Translations under genes and position numbers: made by a program
Part shown: piece after piece, positions 1 through 13,185 of the stretch
Layout: each line of letters begins with the position of its first letter
How positions within the stretch are numbered: position 1 is the stretch's first letter
Assembly: GCA_951406725.2 (NCBI GenBank)
Contig: OX597817.1
Location: 118,668,001 to 118,732,000 of the forward strand
DNA: 64,000 bases
DNA from: Octopus vulgaris
Lineage: Eukaryota
Direction: 5' to 3'
Notes under the pieces: model-generated
Seen by the model: the letters and a program-made list of their open reading frames with translations, nothing else
What the model was told of the DNA's origin: nothing
Database searches by the model: none

Positions 1-36
1 CGAGTTCTTTGCTGGTGTACATAAATACACACATAA

Positions 37-87
37 GTATATACATGTATATGTGTGCGTGTGTATATATGTATGTATGTATATATA

Positions 88-123
<36 letters not shown>

Positions 124-405
124 TGTATGTATGTATGTATGTATGTATTATTGCCAGTGTGCGTGAGCGGGTGTATTTCATTATACTAATGTGCTTCTTG
201 ATACTGGTTGTCGCTTTTAAAGACTACGCTTCTAGTGTTATGTCATTTCCCATTAGTTTATAAATGTCATTTTTGATGTCTATATATTAGATACACGTTT
301 TTATACTGTCACCCATATACACACGCAGGCAGTTATACATATATATGTGTGTGTGTGTGTGTGTTCACACACATATATATACATACATATATACACACAC
401 ACATG

Positions 406-442
<37 letters not shown>
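37..442. repeat. Two compound microsatellite blocks (TA)n/(TATG)n/(TG)n
   Basis: Direct: simple repeats at about 37-147 and 336-442; they explain the IYIY/VCMY ORFs. Confidence 0.95.
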
Positions 443-445
<3 letters not shown>

Positions 446-914
446 CAGATTCTTCTTTCTGAAAGGACCTGTCTTGTCTGATTTGATTTTAATTTGCACT
501 GCTGTCGGTTGTTTTCTCAGAGTAAAAAAATTTCCTATATTATTACTACATAAATGTTATCTGTGATTATTTCTTTACTTCCAGAAAGGTATTTTTGATG
601 TTAAGGATTTGACCAAGATTTGGTTGCTGTTAAAGAAGCGGCCAACTCTGAAATATCAGCAAATTCAAATGACCAGCTAGAGTCTGGCTCCCTCTTGTTG
701 GCTTGTATGCTTGTTTTAATATTTTTGTGGAGGCGGCGGTGGTTCTGGTGGCGGTGGTTGCGGGAGGTGGTGGTTGGTGGTGGTAGTGTTTATGATATTG
801 GTGGTGATAGAAGTGAGATTGCTACATTACCACGCATGTACATTTAATACAATCAGCAAAGCAATGAAATTTCCAGGCAAAACTAGCTTGTATAAAAATA
901 TGATATTCAAACCA

Positions 915-1102
915 GCCATGTCAGGCCCAAATATTGTTCCTGTTCTATGTTGAAACTGGACAGATCAGGCCTCTCACACTAACCCTGCAATATCATTCTA
1001 AAAATTAACAATCATATCATTGAAACTACACAGTTACAAGATAATGTATGGCAAATTCGAAACAGTGTGAATAAATAAGCATTACATTTGCTAAAGGGTT
1101 AA
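915..1102. mobile_element. Non-autonomous DNA element fragment with piggyBac-like end
   Basis: Ends in ...GCTAAAGGG-TTAA (reverse: TTAA-CCCTTTAGC), the CCC + TTAA terminus typical of piggyBac-like elements; other end not seen. Confidence 0.35.
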
Positions 1103-1675
1103 GGATAAGTTACAAACTTATTTTCCGTAATTATCATGTACGTATATCAATTTCTATTAATGAACTGTAAGACTAGTTCCGTTTCTATAGAAAAAAATTA
1201 ACTTTTATAATCTATTTCATTATTTTTTCTACGATCGAGTATTCAGATAAATTTTTATTCAATGAATTCCAATTCATTGTATTCGATATACGAACTTTGT
1301 TGCGCAAAACACAATGCAATTAATAAGGCTTGAGACTTTTCCTCCTATGTGTTACAGCAGGCCAAACATGGATAGCATTATAAAGTAGTATGTTATTTAG
1401 ACCTAGTGCAAAAACTATAATAAACCGATAAACGTGTTATTGATATTCAAGTTTTCTAGTTGAAGTAAAGAAGCCTGCATACTATTAAAACTCATATATC
1501 AGTGTTTATTTTCAATTAACACAGATATTGGCCAATAGATCGGTGATATATTGTGTATTGATAAAACAAAAAAGAAAATGGTTTATCTATTTGTTTATAT
1601 TCTTACAAATTTCTTTTCGCAACTTAATATAAGATTACTACTACAACCACCACCCACTACTACTACTACACACAG

Positions 1676-1707
<32 letters not shown>

Positions 1708-1899
1708 GCGCGCACATATATGTATTATACAATTAAGAAAAGGTAGAATCTATTTAACACGTCTATGTTATTAGTTAGAATTGCTTCGCTGGCATTCCAT
1801 TTCTAACGCTATTGCACCTAAACGATTTGATGTTGCTTTTGAAGGGAGGAAACAATGTGTATAAAATAAGTGCAGAAATAGCAAAAATAAAGTGGAATA

Positions 1900-1953
1900 G
1901 AAGAAGAAGAAGAAGAAGAAGAAGAAGAAGAAGAAGAAGAAGAAGAAGAAGAA
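1900..1953. repeat. (GAA)18 trinucleotide repeat
   Basis: Direct: perfect GAA run. Confidence 0.98.
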
Positions 1954-2390
1954 GCCATACAATAATAATACGAAAGGAGTGATCTAAGCGTTACGAATTG
2001 TATATATAAAGTGCGTTGGTCGATCACGTCTTCACATTTTCCCAATGTCCTAGTGCAAGGATGCAGAGATCCAGAAGTTCAGGACCTACACTCAGTGTGC
2101 GTGTGTGTGCTACAGAACCTCCCAAAACTAGACCCCATTATCTACGCGTTATCTTAGTACAATAAGGTTATCTATGAAGAAAAACAGCCAATAGTAATGT
2201 AAGTAATGTCCACAAACTATGAATCCACAAATACTTTCCACTTAACTAGAATGAATGACAGATCTGAATAACAAGACTAAGACATAAGAATTCACAAACA
2301 AGCATAACAAATGCGCATTCCCAGCGTCAGCTGCCAAATGGAAATCACTGTGGTTTCGTTTCGATATTTATATATATATATATATATATA

Positions 2391-2690
2391 TTAGTGGTTA
2401 GTCGCATTCGGCTCATGATCGTAAGGTCGTGAGTTCAATTCCCGGCGGCGCGTTGTGTCCTTGAGCAAGACACTTTATTTCACGTTGCTCCAGTCCACTC
2501 TTCTGGCAAAAATGAGTAGTATCTGTATTTCAAAGGGCAATCCTTGTCACACACTGTGTCAATGCTGAATCTCCCCGAGAACTACGTTAAGGGTACACGT
2601 GTTTGTGGAGTGCTCAGCCACTTCCACGTTAATTTCATGAGCAGGCTGTTCATCTGGACCCTCGTCGTCGCAACCGACGGACTGCTCCTA
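2391..2690 (+). mobile_element. tRNA-derived SINE, family C (related copies about 18060-18290 and 18915-19260)
   Basis: A-box-like TAGTGGTTAG, B-box-like GAGTTCAATTCCC, then conserved body TTGAGCAAGACACTTTATTTCACGTTGCTCCAGTCCACTC shared with the other two copies. Confidence 0.8.
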
Positions 2691-4589
2691 TATATGTAGA
2701 ATACTCTATGATGTTACAACATCACCAAGCCTTTAATACGGACAGAATTCATATAATTAATCTCTCTCAATTGCATTCCTTCAAAAGAGGTTTAACAGCG
2801 TATGCTATGCTGCTACTACGATATCTTCCTGTAAAGTTAAAAGTGGACGGGTAACAGGCTTCAGCGATTTCTTTTAATAGCGTTCAAAGAACCAATCTTA
2901 ATGAGCCACTTACACTTTTGAAAATTTATTTATTTCAAAACAAATTGATGAGGGTTAAATTTATTCTCACTTAAAATATTTCTTTCTCAATGAAAATTTT
3001 GATGTAAGTTTTCATCCTATGGCTAACAATCACCAAATCAACTTTGCTGTGAAAAAAATCAATTAATCAATATGTTAACCAAACAATCAATATTTTACTT
3101 ATTTCTCTAAAATGTGATGAATTAGAGTCAATTGACTGACATTTCGTAATCGTAGGTTTATCTCAAATTACTGCTTAGCTTTATTGGTTATTGTAAATAT
3201 CAAAAGAGGAAGAAACAGAGTATTTATGCTTTTCCGGAATTATAAACAAGTGACGCAGCAGAAGATGAAGCAGGTTATTTTTGTTGCGTTTTTAAAGTCC
3301 AGTTAATCTGATATAATAACAAGTGTTGTTGGAATTTTGTTATGAAGGACATTTTTTTGTTGCTGCGTTGTCATTGAGTTATATTATTTCTAAATTTATA
3401 TAGAGGAAAAATTGTGAAATTTGGTTGTGTTTTGCCTGTACATATGTCTATACCTTCCCTGAACCCTATTTGTTTGTATTTCTGCATTTCGTTTTGCAAT
3501 CTAGCCAGAGTCGTATGTCGTAAAATGTTTCCCGTTTGTCCAATGTAATTTTCCCCATACTCTGACCATGTTATCGCATAAATTAAGTTTCCAGACGCAC
3601 TGGTGAAGCTATATTTTTAGTGTGAAAAGTTGTCTTGGCATGAAGTGTATCGCTGACTCTCCGCCTTTTCCGGATACAGTAGTATATAGCACAAAATATT
3701 CAGTGTAGTATTAGATGTATTTTAAAAACAGAAATGGGGTTTAAGGAAATATTTGGTTACGCTTTCCACCAAGTAGAGCAATAACGCACAGAGGTTTCCC
3801 GGTTAGCAGGTTTTTAGATAGCTAATGTTGATAGTGCAAAGTGTCGGTAGTAGGTTTGAATTTCTTGCTTGGACAAAACTTATATTCTATTTTATGGCAG
3901 TATTCTACTCCGGAGTGCATGCAAGCCTAATGATCGCAGTAAAAGAGTAAATTACACAGTCGCAGCTTCAAAGATTAAATTTCAGAATAAATTTGCTTTC
4001 AGTGAAAACTAACTGAATCAAATAGTTGAGTCGATAAGATGACGTGAAATCGACGATCGTTATTCCTTTACGCAGTTTTTTCTTTAAAATGACTGATGCT
4101 TAATTGTCGAGACTAAATAGATATGAATGAGCATGTACAAAGTTTGAAAAAGATCTCGGCCATATTTGAACTGTAGGCAACCTTTCAGACTGCTAATAAT
4201 CGTTTTAGTATTCAGTACGAAATACATACGTTAAAGTGTATATTTGTATGCGATATATTTGAAGACAAAAGAAAAAATTACACGAACTACAGCGATTTTT
4301 AACTTCTTGATTCTCTGCTAAAATATATAGCCATTGTCTTCAAAACACACTTCACAATTGTACAAACCCATTAAATACTCTGTTGTTATCTCAAAGAACT
4401 ACCATGGCTTACTGGTGAGAAACTCCGACAATTCAAAAGGTATTAAATTTATACATACATAATTCATAATGCTTCACATATGCGTGTTGTGCATAGAATA
4501 AACCATGACGAAAGTGTTTAAGCGGACTCACAATTATCGATTACACTTTTCATTTTCAGATTTCTACCACCCACTTCTTCATTCTAAAT

Positions 4590-6680
4590 CAGTGGTTATT
4601 AACCTTTTCACTACCACGCTTCGCCTAGGAATTTGTCCTTCTCTCCATTCCACGCCCCTCCCCTTGTATCTATGAATAAATTTCTTCCCAGATTTTAAAT
4701 AAAATCTAAAATATGTACTCAGTCTTTTTATTAAATATGAATTAGTCACTTAATACAAAATATAAATAATTTTATATATAATCACAATATACAAAAAGTG
4801 ATATACTTGACACTGCTTCTTAGTAAAAAAAAGTTTTTTTTATTGAATATGAATTAATCACATTATTAGTGAGATACATAAAGCCGCTTCTTAGCTACAG
4901 AATCTTGAATGCATGTTTGAATGCCAGAGAGTGCACAACGTAAGTCCATTTCAACGTTCAGCTTGTTTCTGTACTTATTCTTGACAGCAACGAGCGTGGA
5001 AAATGTAGCTTCACAAAGATACATGGAACCAAACAGCTAAAATCCGAAGAGCCTGATGTGAGATCAGCGGTTAAACAGGAAGGTACCTGATTCAGTTCTT
5101 TGAAGTCTTCCTTAACTTGGGAGTTGAACTTCAGCTCAATAAACTCCTCTTGTACTTCATCTAAACCATCAGTCAAAAAGGTTCCTGATGAATTTCCAAG
5201 ATTCACGCTTTTCATCCATATCTGGGAAGTATCTGATGAATTCTGTTTTCAAGTCAGTTGGATGACTGATTATTTGTTTCTTTAATTCAGAATCAAGGTT
5301 ACCGTGAATGAGAGCAGAAACTAAGTAACTAAAACTGGCTGTATTCCTTCCTGAATTCGACATTTCCAGAGGTCGAGTTTGGCCATGAAGGTTCGAATAG
5401 CGTCGTGATGCTTTTGATGTTGATGGTTTTCCCTTGTAGTTTAAGGTCGAGAGCATTCAACACTTCGAAGATGTCCACCGGGCAAGCTAGAGATAGCCGA
5501 AAACCTTCTGACTGGAACTTGTCATGGAAATCTACTTTCTACTGCAAATCTAGAAATATTGCTACTTCTTGTACGTTCGTGTGAAAAAAGCAATATTTCA
5601 TTGTCAGATTCCGTATCTTTACACAACAGTTTGAAAAGACGTCTGTTTAAGGCTCTACCTTTAACAAAGTTGACAACCTTGACAGCCATGATCAGGATAT
5701 TTTCCATTTCAGTAGGTAAGGTTCGGATGTTAAGGCTTCATGATGAAGTAGGCAGTGTGCACCTAAAACAGATGGATTTTTTTTTCTACCTTAGTAATGA
5801 ATCTAGATTGCAGACCAAGCATAGATGGAGCTCCATCAGTGCACACACATACCAGCAAATCCCACGAAAGTTGATTTCCTGAAAGAAGTTTGATACATCA
5901 CGAAAAATAGCAGCTGCTGTTCTACAACTATTCATAGGGTGACACAACACTTCTTTTACACAGTTGCCTAATACAAAACGAGCATATACCAGTAGCTGAG
6001 AACACTAGACGATGAGTGTCGTTTCGTCACACTGGATGGTAAAAACAGGAGAATTACTTGGTCGAGAATTTGATATTTGATGTCTTCAGACAAGTCGATT
6101 TTTCATTTGACTGTATTGTTTGATAGTAAAATCTGGGAAAGCTTGTTTGCGCTATCTTTCCCCAGAACTAGTTCTGCTTCACGGAGTGGACTTGGTCTTA
6201 CGAAATACTCTCCTATGTTATAGTTCTTCTTGCTCTTTGCATTCAACATGGCGATCTCATCTCATTGAAGTTTGTTACCGAAATACCCCACTACTTAGTT
6301 TGATTCTAGGAATGTCTTTTTGTTTCAAAGAATGCCTTGGGCTTGTCTGCGAGAGCTAGATGTGTCGTCTTCAAATGTCGTCTTAAGCGTGAGGGTCGCA
6401 TTTCATTACTGCTCAAAGTTCTGTAACATATCACACACTGGGGGATTTCTGTCTCACCCATTTGGAGGGACACGAATCCAAATCGGATATATTCGTCAAG
6501 TTACTTCCGTTTCTTTGCACTCATTGCGAATTGTTTGATGTGCAGTAGACAACACAAACATGTGAACAAAGGATAAGGGACGTGAAAGGTAATGTCAAGG
6601 CTCAAATTAGAACACTAGCCCTAGTTAGAACACTTGGAGTAAAATGTTCTGAAAAAAATTAAAACAAAAAAAATTGGAAT
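4590..6680 (-). mobile_element. Degenerate hAT (Buster/SCAND3-ZBED8-like) transposon, 3' portion with one TIR
   Basis: TIR CAGTGGTTATTAACCTT at 4590 beside an NNNTANNN-type flank (TTCTAAAT); minus-strand remnants VKVVNFVKGRALNRRLFKLLC, LKTEFIRYFPD, VQEEFIELKFNS and a CTDGAPSMLG motif; many stops and frameshifts. Confidence 0.85.
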
Positions 6681-6684
6681 ATCA

Positions 6685-6895
6685 ATGTGAGTGTCTTTTT
6701 GTCTGTGTTTTTCTCACCATCACCGCTTGACGGTATTGGTGTGTTTACATCTCCGTAACCTTAGCAGTTCAGCAAAAGAGACTGATAGAATAAGTACTGG
6801 GGTCGATTTGTTCGACACCCCCCCCCCCCACCAAGTTGGTGCTCCAGCATGGCAGCATTCAAATGACTGAAACAAGTAAAAAAAATAAAAGAATA
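6685..6895 (+). mobile_element. SINE family A, 3' half
   Basis: TGGTGTGTTTACATCTCCGTAACC...GATAGAATAAGTACT...GCTCCAGCATGGC, repeated at 11290, 22260 and 26000. Confidence 0.85.
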
Positions 6896-9184
6896 TATTC
6901 ACTATCAGAGAAGGTAAAACAATCGTCGCTGGTGACAGGGAGAAACTCCAAATAAAGAGAGGAGATAATCTCAAAAATCAATATTCTCCAGAACTGACAT
7001 GCCATAAAAAATGAAACAATTTTGTTTGATCTTCTGAAGATATGAGAACTTTTGTGCGCATGTGTTTTTGCTTCATTAAACATCATATTTCCCTATGTAT
7101 TCCATTGGAAATTATGATTGATGATACTGATTAATATATCTGTACCAGTACCAACAGTGTTGAATTTAGATAACTATGAATAAGAACAGCAGCAAGAGTC
7201 GGATAAATTTCTGATAGTTTCAAATACAAGCTATGCCTTAAATTTCAGGTTTCTGTTTTCACGGCATACTAACTTATTTTACTAGATCCATAAAATACCT
7301 CTTGCTGCTAAAGTCTAAAACAAGGTCGTATACTAGACAGATCAGTTGCATTCCTTTATTGAGTAACATTTTCCTTTCATGTCGAAACATTAATTTGACA
7401 CATATGGACTAGAAACAAGATATTAAGAAGTTAGAGCATTTTCAAATAATTGTTGTTGTTAGCCACGCGCTAGAACCGATTAACCAAATGCATTCTATTA
7501 CCAAATGTATTCAAGCCTTACCCAAATGCATTCAAGCCACGACAATATTGTAAAATGGGTCCCTGTTTGTAAAACAGGAGGTAGAGTTCCGTTTGAGTGT
7601 AAATTGTTTGCTATTTCCTTTTGATCGAATGATTAAGTAAAAATTCATGCCTTGCTGGTTACATGGACTTTGCTAGCGTATATGTACAGAGATGCTATCA
7701 AGATAGGAATACTGAGGTTAGATATAAATTTTAGCTGCAGATCAGAAATAAATTTAACGTATATCCCTCCCAGAATTTAGAGAATATGTGGGTTGGTCGT
7801 TGTGGTGGTGTGAAGCATACTTACATGTTCTAATCAAACCAAGTAAATTTCATGATGTAAAAAGAAAATCTTCGTGATATTTCGTAAATTGCAATTTAAT
7901 CCCATCTAGTCTTGCAGCACGTGTGGAGGCTTATGCCTTGGCTATTGCATTTAATACGTTAAAACGCCGACTAATCTTTTAAAACCGGATGTCCTATTTC
8001 TTAGATATTGCTAGCTCGCCCCCACTCTTATTCCAACTCTCTTCTTCTTTCTCTATACCATTTTGGCCCCTCTTAAACGCACACAAAATATACAGACATA
8101 TGCATGTACACGCATTCACAGATGCAACATTCACTGACGCACATTCTCTTCCCTGTGCAGCTTCTTTTTCCTTTCTTTTAATATGATTTCTCTTTCACGC
8201 ACATTCAGAAATACAAGCATACACATATATATACACACATGCAGTTACACACGCACATAGATATATACACGTTCGTATACTCTCTCTGTCGCTGACTTTG
8301 TATATTTCTCTTTCCCCTTCTCCATCTTAAGTATTTCTCTTTCTCTTTTCTTATTTTGATTCTCTCTCTCTTTTCTTCTCTCTCCCAACAGATTTTGGCA
8401 AGAGTTTTTACAGATACGTCTGTTTGTGAATTTAGCATTGCGGATATCTCCTTTATCTTTTTCAAAGTTTGCTTCCTGAAAAGATAAATGTTCGAAACAC
8501 AACATCGTTTGGCAAAAATCAAATACGACATGAACACATCAATCAAGCAAAAGCAAATATGCATATGAACAACATAACACAGGCAGGCGCACAGACACGC
8601 GCGCATTAAAATTTATATGTTCTTGAAAAAATGTCTCCCCTCAGTTTTCAAACGCGAGTTCAGAATGTAAGGCTCGAATCAATAATTTATGTTATGATCG
8701 TTGTTTAACCCTGAGTCATCACTGAGTGGGAAGACATGATCGCCAAACCAGTGGAGTAGAATGAAATGCCAAATGCATTTTAACCGTGACGCTAAATCAT
8801 TTTGTCATTTAGTTAGTGCAACGTATTGCTGAATGGTGTTTTGGCAGTGATTTTTAGTATGTCAGACGACAACGCAGAGGCGGATTCGTTGTTTTGTTGG
8901 GTTTTTAAGAATTCTAGTTTTAGTTTAAATTGTTAAATCGCTTATGGATTAATCTGTCTACATAACTGCATTTATATGTGCGTGGTGTGTGTGTGTGTAT
9001 GTAATGTGTAGAGATGGATATATAAATAGTATGTCTCTCTATATACACGCCAAAACGAATACACATGCACACACACACACATATATATACACACACACAC
9101 AAATAGATGCGTGCATATATGTGTGTGGGGGGGGTACGTGCGTGCGTGTGTTTGTGTGTGCACACATACATAAACACATATATC

Positions 9185-9580
9185 TTTTATTTATATTTGT
9201 TTCAATCATTAGACTGAAGCAATGCTGGGGAATTATTTTAAAGAATTTAGGCGAACAAATCGATACCAGTACTGTTTTTGAGTCTAGTACTTAGTCTATC
9301 AGTTTCTTTTACCGCACCGCTAAGTTAGATGGACGTAAACAAATAAAGAGCGTTGTCAAAGAGCAAATAAAAAACACAATGCCAGCCAAAACAAACACGA
9401 TAACATACATACATTGACAACAGGAATTTCACAAATTTTCCAAATTTACTCATAAAGCAATGGTCTGTCCGAGACTATAAGAGAAAACACTTGCCCCTTG
9501 TGCTACGCAGTGGGACTGAAACCGAAAATCACGTGGTTGTAAAGTGAGGTTCTTAAACATATTGTTTTTGCCTGCGTCTA
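9185..9580 (-). mobile_element. SINE family A, diverged copy
   Basis: Reverse-complement match to the family A head (GCAGTGGGACTGAAACC) and tail. Confidence 0.7.
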
Positions 9581-9997
9581 TACATGTATATATATATCAA
9601 TGTTTATTTTTATGTTATTATAAAAACAATTTTACATTAAATTTAATGGTTACTCAATACATTTGGTATGTGTACGTGTGTATGTAAGTGTACTTATAAA
9701 CGTATATTTATAAATATGGTCGTGCACGAGCGTTCTCGCATAAGATTATTAGGGAATTAATTTATGGGGAAAGCAATTTTTTGCAAAAGTCCAGGGTTAA
9801 AGCTTAGTTAATAACAATTAGGATATCTCTTATGATCTGTGTTTGTATTTCGAAATCGCTTTCAGTCTTGTTTAACTTCGTGTATTCTCATCCAAAATGG
9901 AGACGAGTACAATCACTTCTATGTAGATCATTTGAACAATTGCGAATATCCTTTTACATGAAACAATTGTTTGCCTTGTTAATGCACAAATAACGAA

Positions 9998-10293
9998 TAT
10001 TTAGCGCACATGGCGGAGACGTAAACTGACCCCACCCCACCAAACTTAATTTTTTTTTTTTAACGGAATCGCACGTTTTCGGCTATGGAGATTCCCATTC
10101 TGAAAAAGAATTTTCAAATATCTCAACTTCAAAATTCCATCACACCCGCTCCCCTCCTTGAAATTTTGAAGTTGCGATTTTTGAAAATTCTTTTTCAGAA
10201 CTGGAATCTCCGTAGCCGAAAACGTGGGATTCAGTAAAGAAAAAATTAAGGTGGGGAGGGTTCTATTTACGTCTCCTTCATGTGCGCCAAATA
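9998..10293. mobile_element. About 296-bp near-perfect palindrome (foldback/MITE-like, probably Merlin-related)
   Basis: Left arm TATTTAGCGCACATGGCGGAGACGTAAA...CACGTTTTCGGCTATGGAGATTCC...CTTCAAAATT mirrors right arm AATTTTGAAG...GGAATCTCCGTAGCCGAAAACGTG...TTTACGTCTCCTTCATGTGCGCCAAATA. Confidence 0.85.
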
Positions 10294-10550
10294 CAAAGGG
10301 TAGGAGGATATGACAACGTAGGGAAGATAGGCCATCAAACGTGGGTTGTCGGGTGTTATAACACCACTGTGAAGAAAGGATTTTTACAGCACGTACCTGA
10401 CAGAAGCACAGCAACACTGGAAACTATAATAATAGAAAATGCGTTGCCCGCTACTGTAATTCATACCGGTAAATGGGCAAGTTATAGAAATTTACAGCAA
10501 CTTGGCTATATTCACCGAACGATAAGCCATTCACAGAACTTCGTTGACAC
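10285..10550 (+). pseudogene. Merlin / ISXO2 (IS1595-like) DDE transposase fragment
   Basis: WVVGCYNTTVKKGFLQHVPDRSTATLETIIIENALPATVIHTGKWASYRNLQQLGYIHRTISHSQNFVD matches the ISXO2 pattern WV.G...V.DR...TL..II...PG..I.TD.W.SY..L...H..VNH..FVD; catalytic TD reads TG. Confidence 0.9.
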
Positions 10551-10551
10551 T

Positions 10552-11036
10552 TGCGGGGGAGGGTGTCACTCAAGAATCACCGGATACCTTAGCCTGGACC
10601 GAAAACCCGAATTGGTCTTCGCAGTCTCCTGCGAAGGTCATATCGGAGGTCAACATGTCCAGGGTGTTGGGCTCCTTTACGAAGGACTTGTTTAGAGTCA
10701 ATTTTTGAGACCCCGACCGGGATCCGGAGCAGTACCTATAGGCAGCTCACAGCCTGGTCGGGGGCGAAGAAGAATAGGCTTAGCGCCGAAACATGTATAT
10801 ATTTGTAATGATTAATATTGTAGTCATTTTACACGAATTGTAAGAGGTTCATTGCCTCATGTAATGTATTGTTAAAAGACAATGTTATAGAGAAGCAGAG
10901 GGTCGTCGGGCGCTTTCTGTCTTCTCTCATCCTTATCCTCCTTGTATTATTATCATTCATTTCATTAATGTCTTGTCCAGCCCGCAAAGCTACCCAATCT
11001 ATGTACTGTCTTCATGACAAATTTAATGAAATAAAG
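10552..11036 (+). mobile_element. 3' part of a Tx1/L1-like retroelement (3' UTR and tail)
   Basis: Last 40 nt (ATCTATGTACTGTCTTCATGACAAATTTAATGAAATAAAG) closely match the tail of the Tx1/L1-like element ending at 13185. Confidence 0.65.
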
Positions 11037-11400
11037 TAGCTTGCTTACCAACCACATGGTTCTGGGTTCAGTCCTACTGCGTGGCACCTTGGGCAAGTGC
11101 TTTCTACTAGCCTCGGGCCGACCAAAGCCTTCTGAGTGGATTTGGTAGACGGAAACTGCAAGAAGCCCGTCGTATATATGTTTATGTATATATTAATGTG
11201 TATATATATATATAAATATATATGTATATATATATGTGTGTGTGTGTGTCTGTCTGTCTGTCTGTCCCCCCAACATCGCTTGACAACCGATGCTGGTGTG
11301 TTTACGTCCCCGTAACTTAGTGTTCCGGCAAAAGTACTAGGCTTACAAAGAATAAGTCCTGGGGTCAATTTGCTCGAAACAATTAAAGGAGTAAAAGAGT
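11037..11400 (+). mobile_element. SINE family A lacking its A-box (interrupted by the upstream LINE tail)
   Basis: TAGCTTGCTTACCAACCACATGGTTCTGGGTTCAGTCC...GGATTTGGTAGACGGAAACTG, internal microsatellite, 3' half. Confidence 0.9.
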
Positions 11401-11899
11401 ATTTGTTTTCATTCATCTCATTTTTGTATATTGTCAAGCCCGCAAATGCTTTTGCGTAAAGCCCTTGAGACTAATTTTATGAAATAAAGAAGCTTGTTTT
11501 TTCTCTGAAAGGAATTTTATCGTTTAATATTGGATTTGTTACTGTTGGACTTGTTATTGTATTTTTGGATTGTTATTATTGTTCAACTTTGTGCTGTTGC
11601 CGGGTGACAGAAATTGTTATTTCCTTTTGTAGCCATTGTGGCAATTTTTAAACAAAATACTGCGAAAAAACTGGACTTGTTAAAGTCATTTTAGACTTAA
11701 ATTTCGTTCACCTTCGGGGGCGGGATTTGAACTATCGTCGAAAAGTTTATAAACTATTTTTGCGAAAAATTATTATAGATTTTCCTTATGGAAAACCGGT
11801 TTTTGTGTTATATTTTCTTCTGTAATTAATTTCGACCGAGTATGTCGGTCGAATTATACATGAAAAATGCACTCCCGAAGAGGGTAAGAAGGATCTTTG

Positions 11900-13185
11900 C
11901 TTTTTATATAATGGCCTTACCTAACCTTCGTTGTTTGAATGTGTGTTGTGTGAGTTCGAAGTGGCAGCAGGCTTGTTTCCTCGACGACCTCAGATCACAC
12001 GATATACATGTGATGGTTGCTACAGAGACCAAGTTGGACAGTCTACAAACCTTCTCGCCTTTTCCGCTTTTTGTGGAAGGGAGGAAAGCCGCTTGTGAAG
12101 CGCTCTATCTGCTGCCAGAAACCGCTAAAGGGTGGGTTACGGATGCCTTGGCTGAAGATGTGAAAACTCTTTACCTGGATGGGGGGCAGGTGTGTTACCG
12201 CACGTCTGGTTCTACCTTCCGTGTTTAACGTCCTTAACGGATATTGGGGCATGGATCAAGCAGAGACTTAGGCTGGGAGACTGGCAATTGGAGTGCCGTC
12301 AGGCACTTCAGCGACTCTCTCGGGCGGGCAATGCCGGCAGCAGGAGTACCACCGCGGATTTTTATAGCGAGTTAGTGGGTTTTATGTCCGAAGACGCCTT
12401 GGAGGAGACCCTGGGCTACGATCAAAATCAGTTGATCAACCTGTTCAGAAGAACGTTCAGGCCGGGGTATCTGGATAATTACCAGAAATCCCTGGCGCGA
12501 CAGTGCTTCCGTGCGGCGTTACCTGTTCGAGACAAATTGTAAAGCACGGGAGTGCCGTCTCGCCGACATGTCCAAGGTGCGGGCATAACAGGGAAACCGT
12601 TTTGCACGCATTTGTGGAGTGTCCGATAGTTTCCACAGAACAACTGTTGTCATTGATGGGAAGAGTACAGCTATCATTTGAGTCTATCATCGTGATTGTG
12701 TCACCTCCCTCCCTTAACAGGAAAAGGAAGGCTTGTTTTTTCTACGTAGTAGCCATACTGAAAGAAACAGTATAGAAGACGCGTGTAAGAGGGATATTGG
12801 CAGATTCTTTCGTCTCCGGCCAGGGGTTCGTAAACTTTTTTAGTTACCACATCATAAGTAAGATCAGGCTGGAGAAGAGGTATCTGTCGCTGAGTAGGTT
12901 TGTAAAAGGATGGAAGCAAGTTGAGAGTGACCAGCACCAAGTAAGTGCGATCAGTGGTAGAAAGTAAAGGTTCCACCCAGATGGCTAGATTCCTTTCCCT
13001 CAGATGCAAATTGTTGCTTTTTGCAACAATATTTATGTAAATAATTTTTTAAATTACATCCGTAATCATATCGTTCATACGAACACTAATTTTTAACTAA
13101 AAGCAACTTCTTCACCCTTTGTGTTTGTCTGTCCTTGTTCGTCCCATCTGTGTACTGCCTTTATGGCAAATTTCATGAATTAAAG
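11900..13185 (+). mobile_element. Internally deleted Tx1/L1-clade non-LTR retrotransposon (APE endonuclease start and C-terminal zf-RVT/CCHC)
   Basis: N-terminal LRCLNV...DIHVMVATETKL (APE motifs); C-terminal ALPVRDKL...CPRCGHNRETVLHAFVECP; RT core absent; 3' tail ends ATTAAAG at 13185. Confidence 0.85.

Noticed and set aside
5169-5707. Domesticated ZBED/SCAND3 or SETMAR host genes (also 15355, 16084)
   Set aside because: Multiple stops and frameshifts plus retained TIRs indicate transposon relics.
10285-10550. Bacterial IS1595 contamination or recent horizontal transfer
   Set aside because: Decayed, embedded among host SINEs/LINEs, and explained by the eukaryotic Merlin superfamily.
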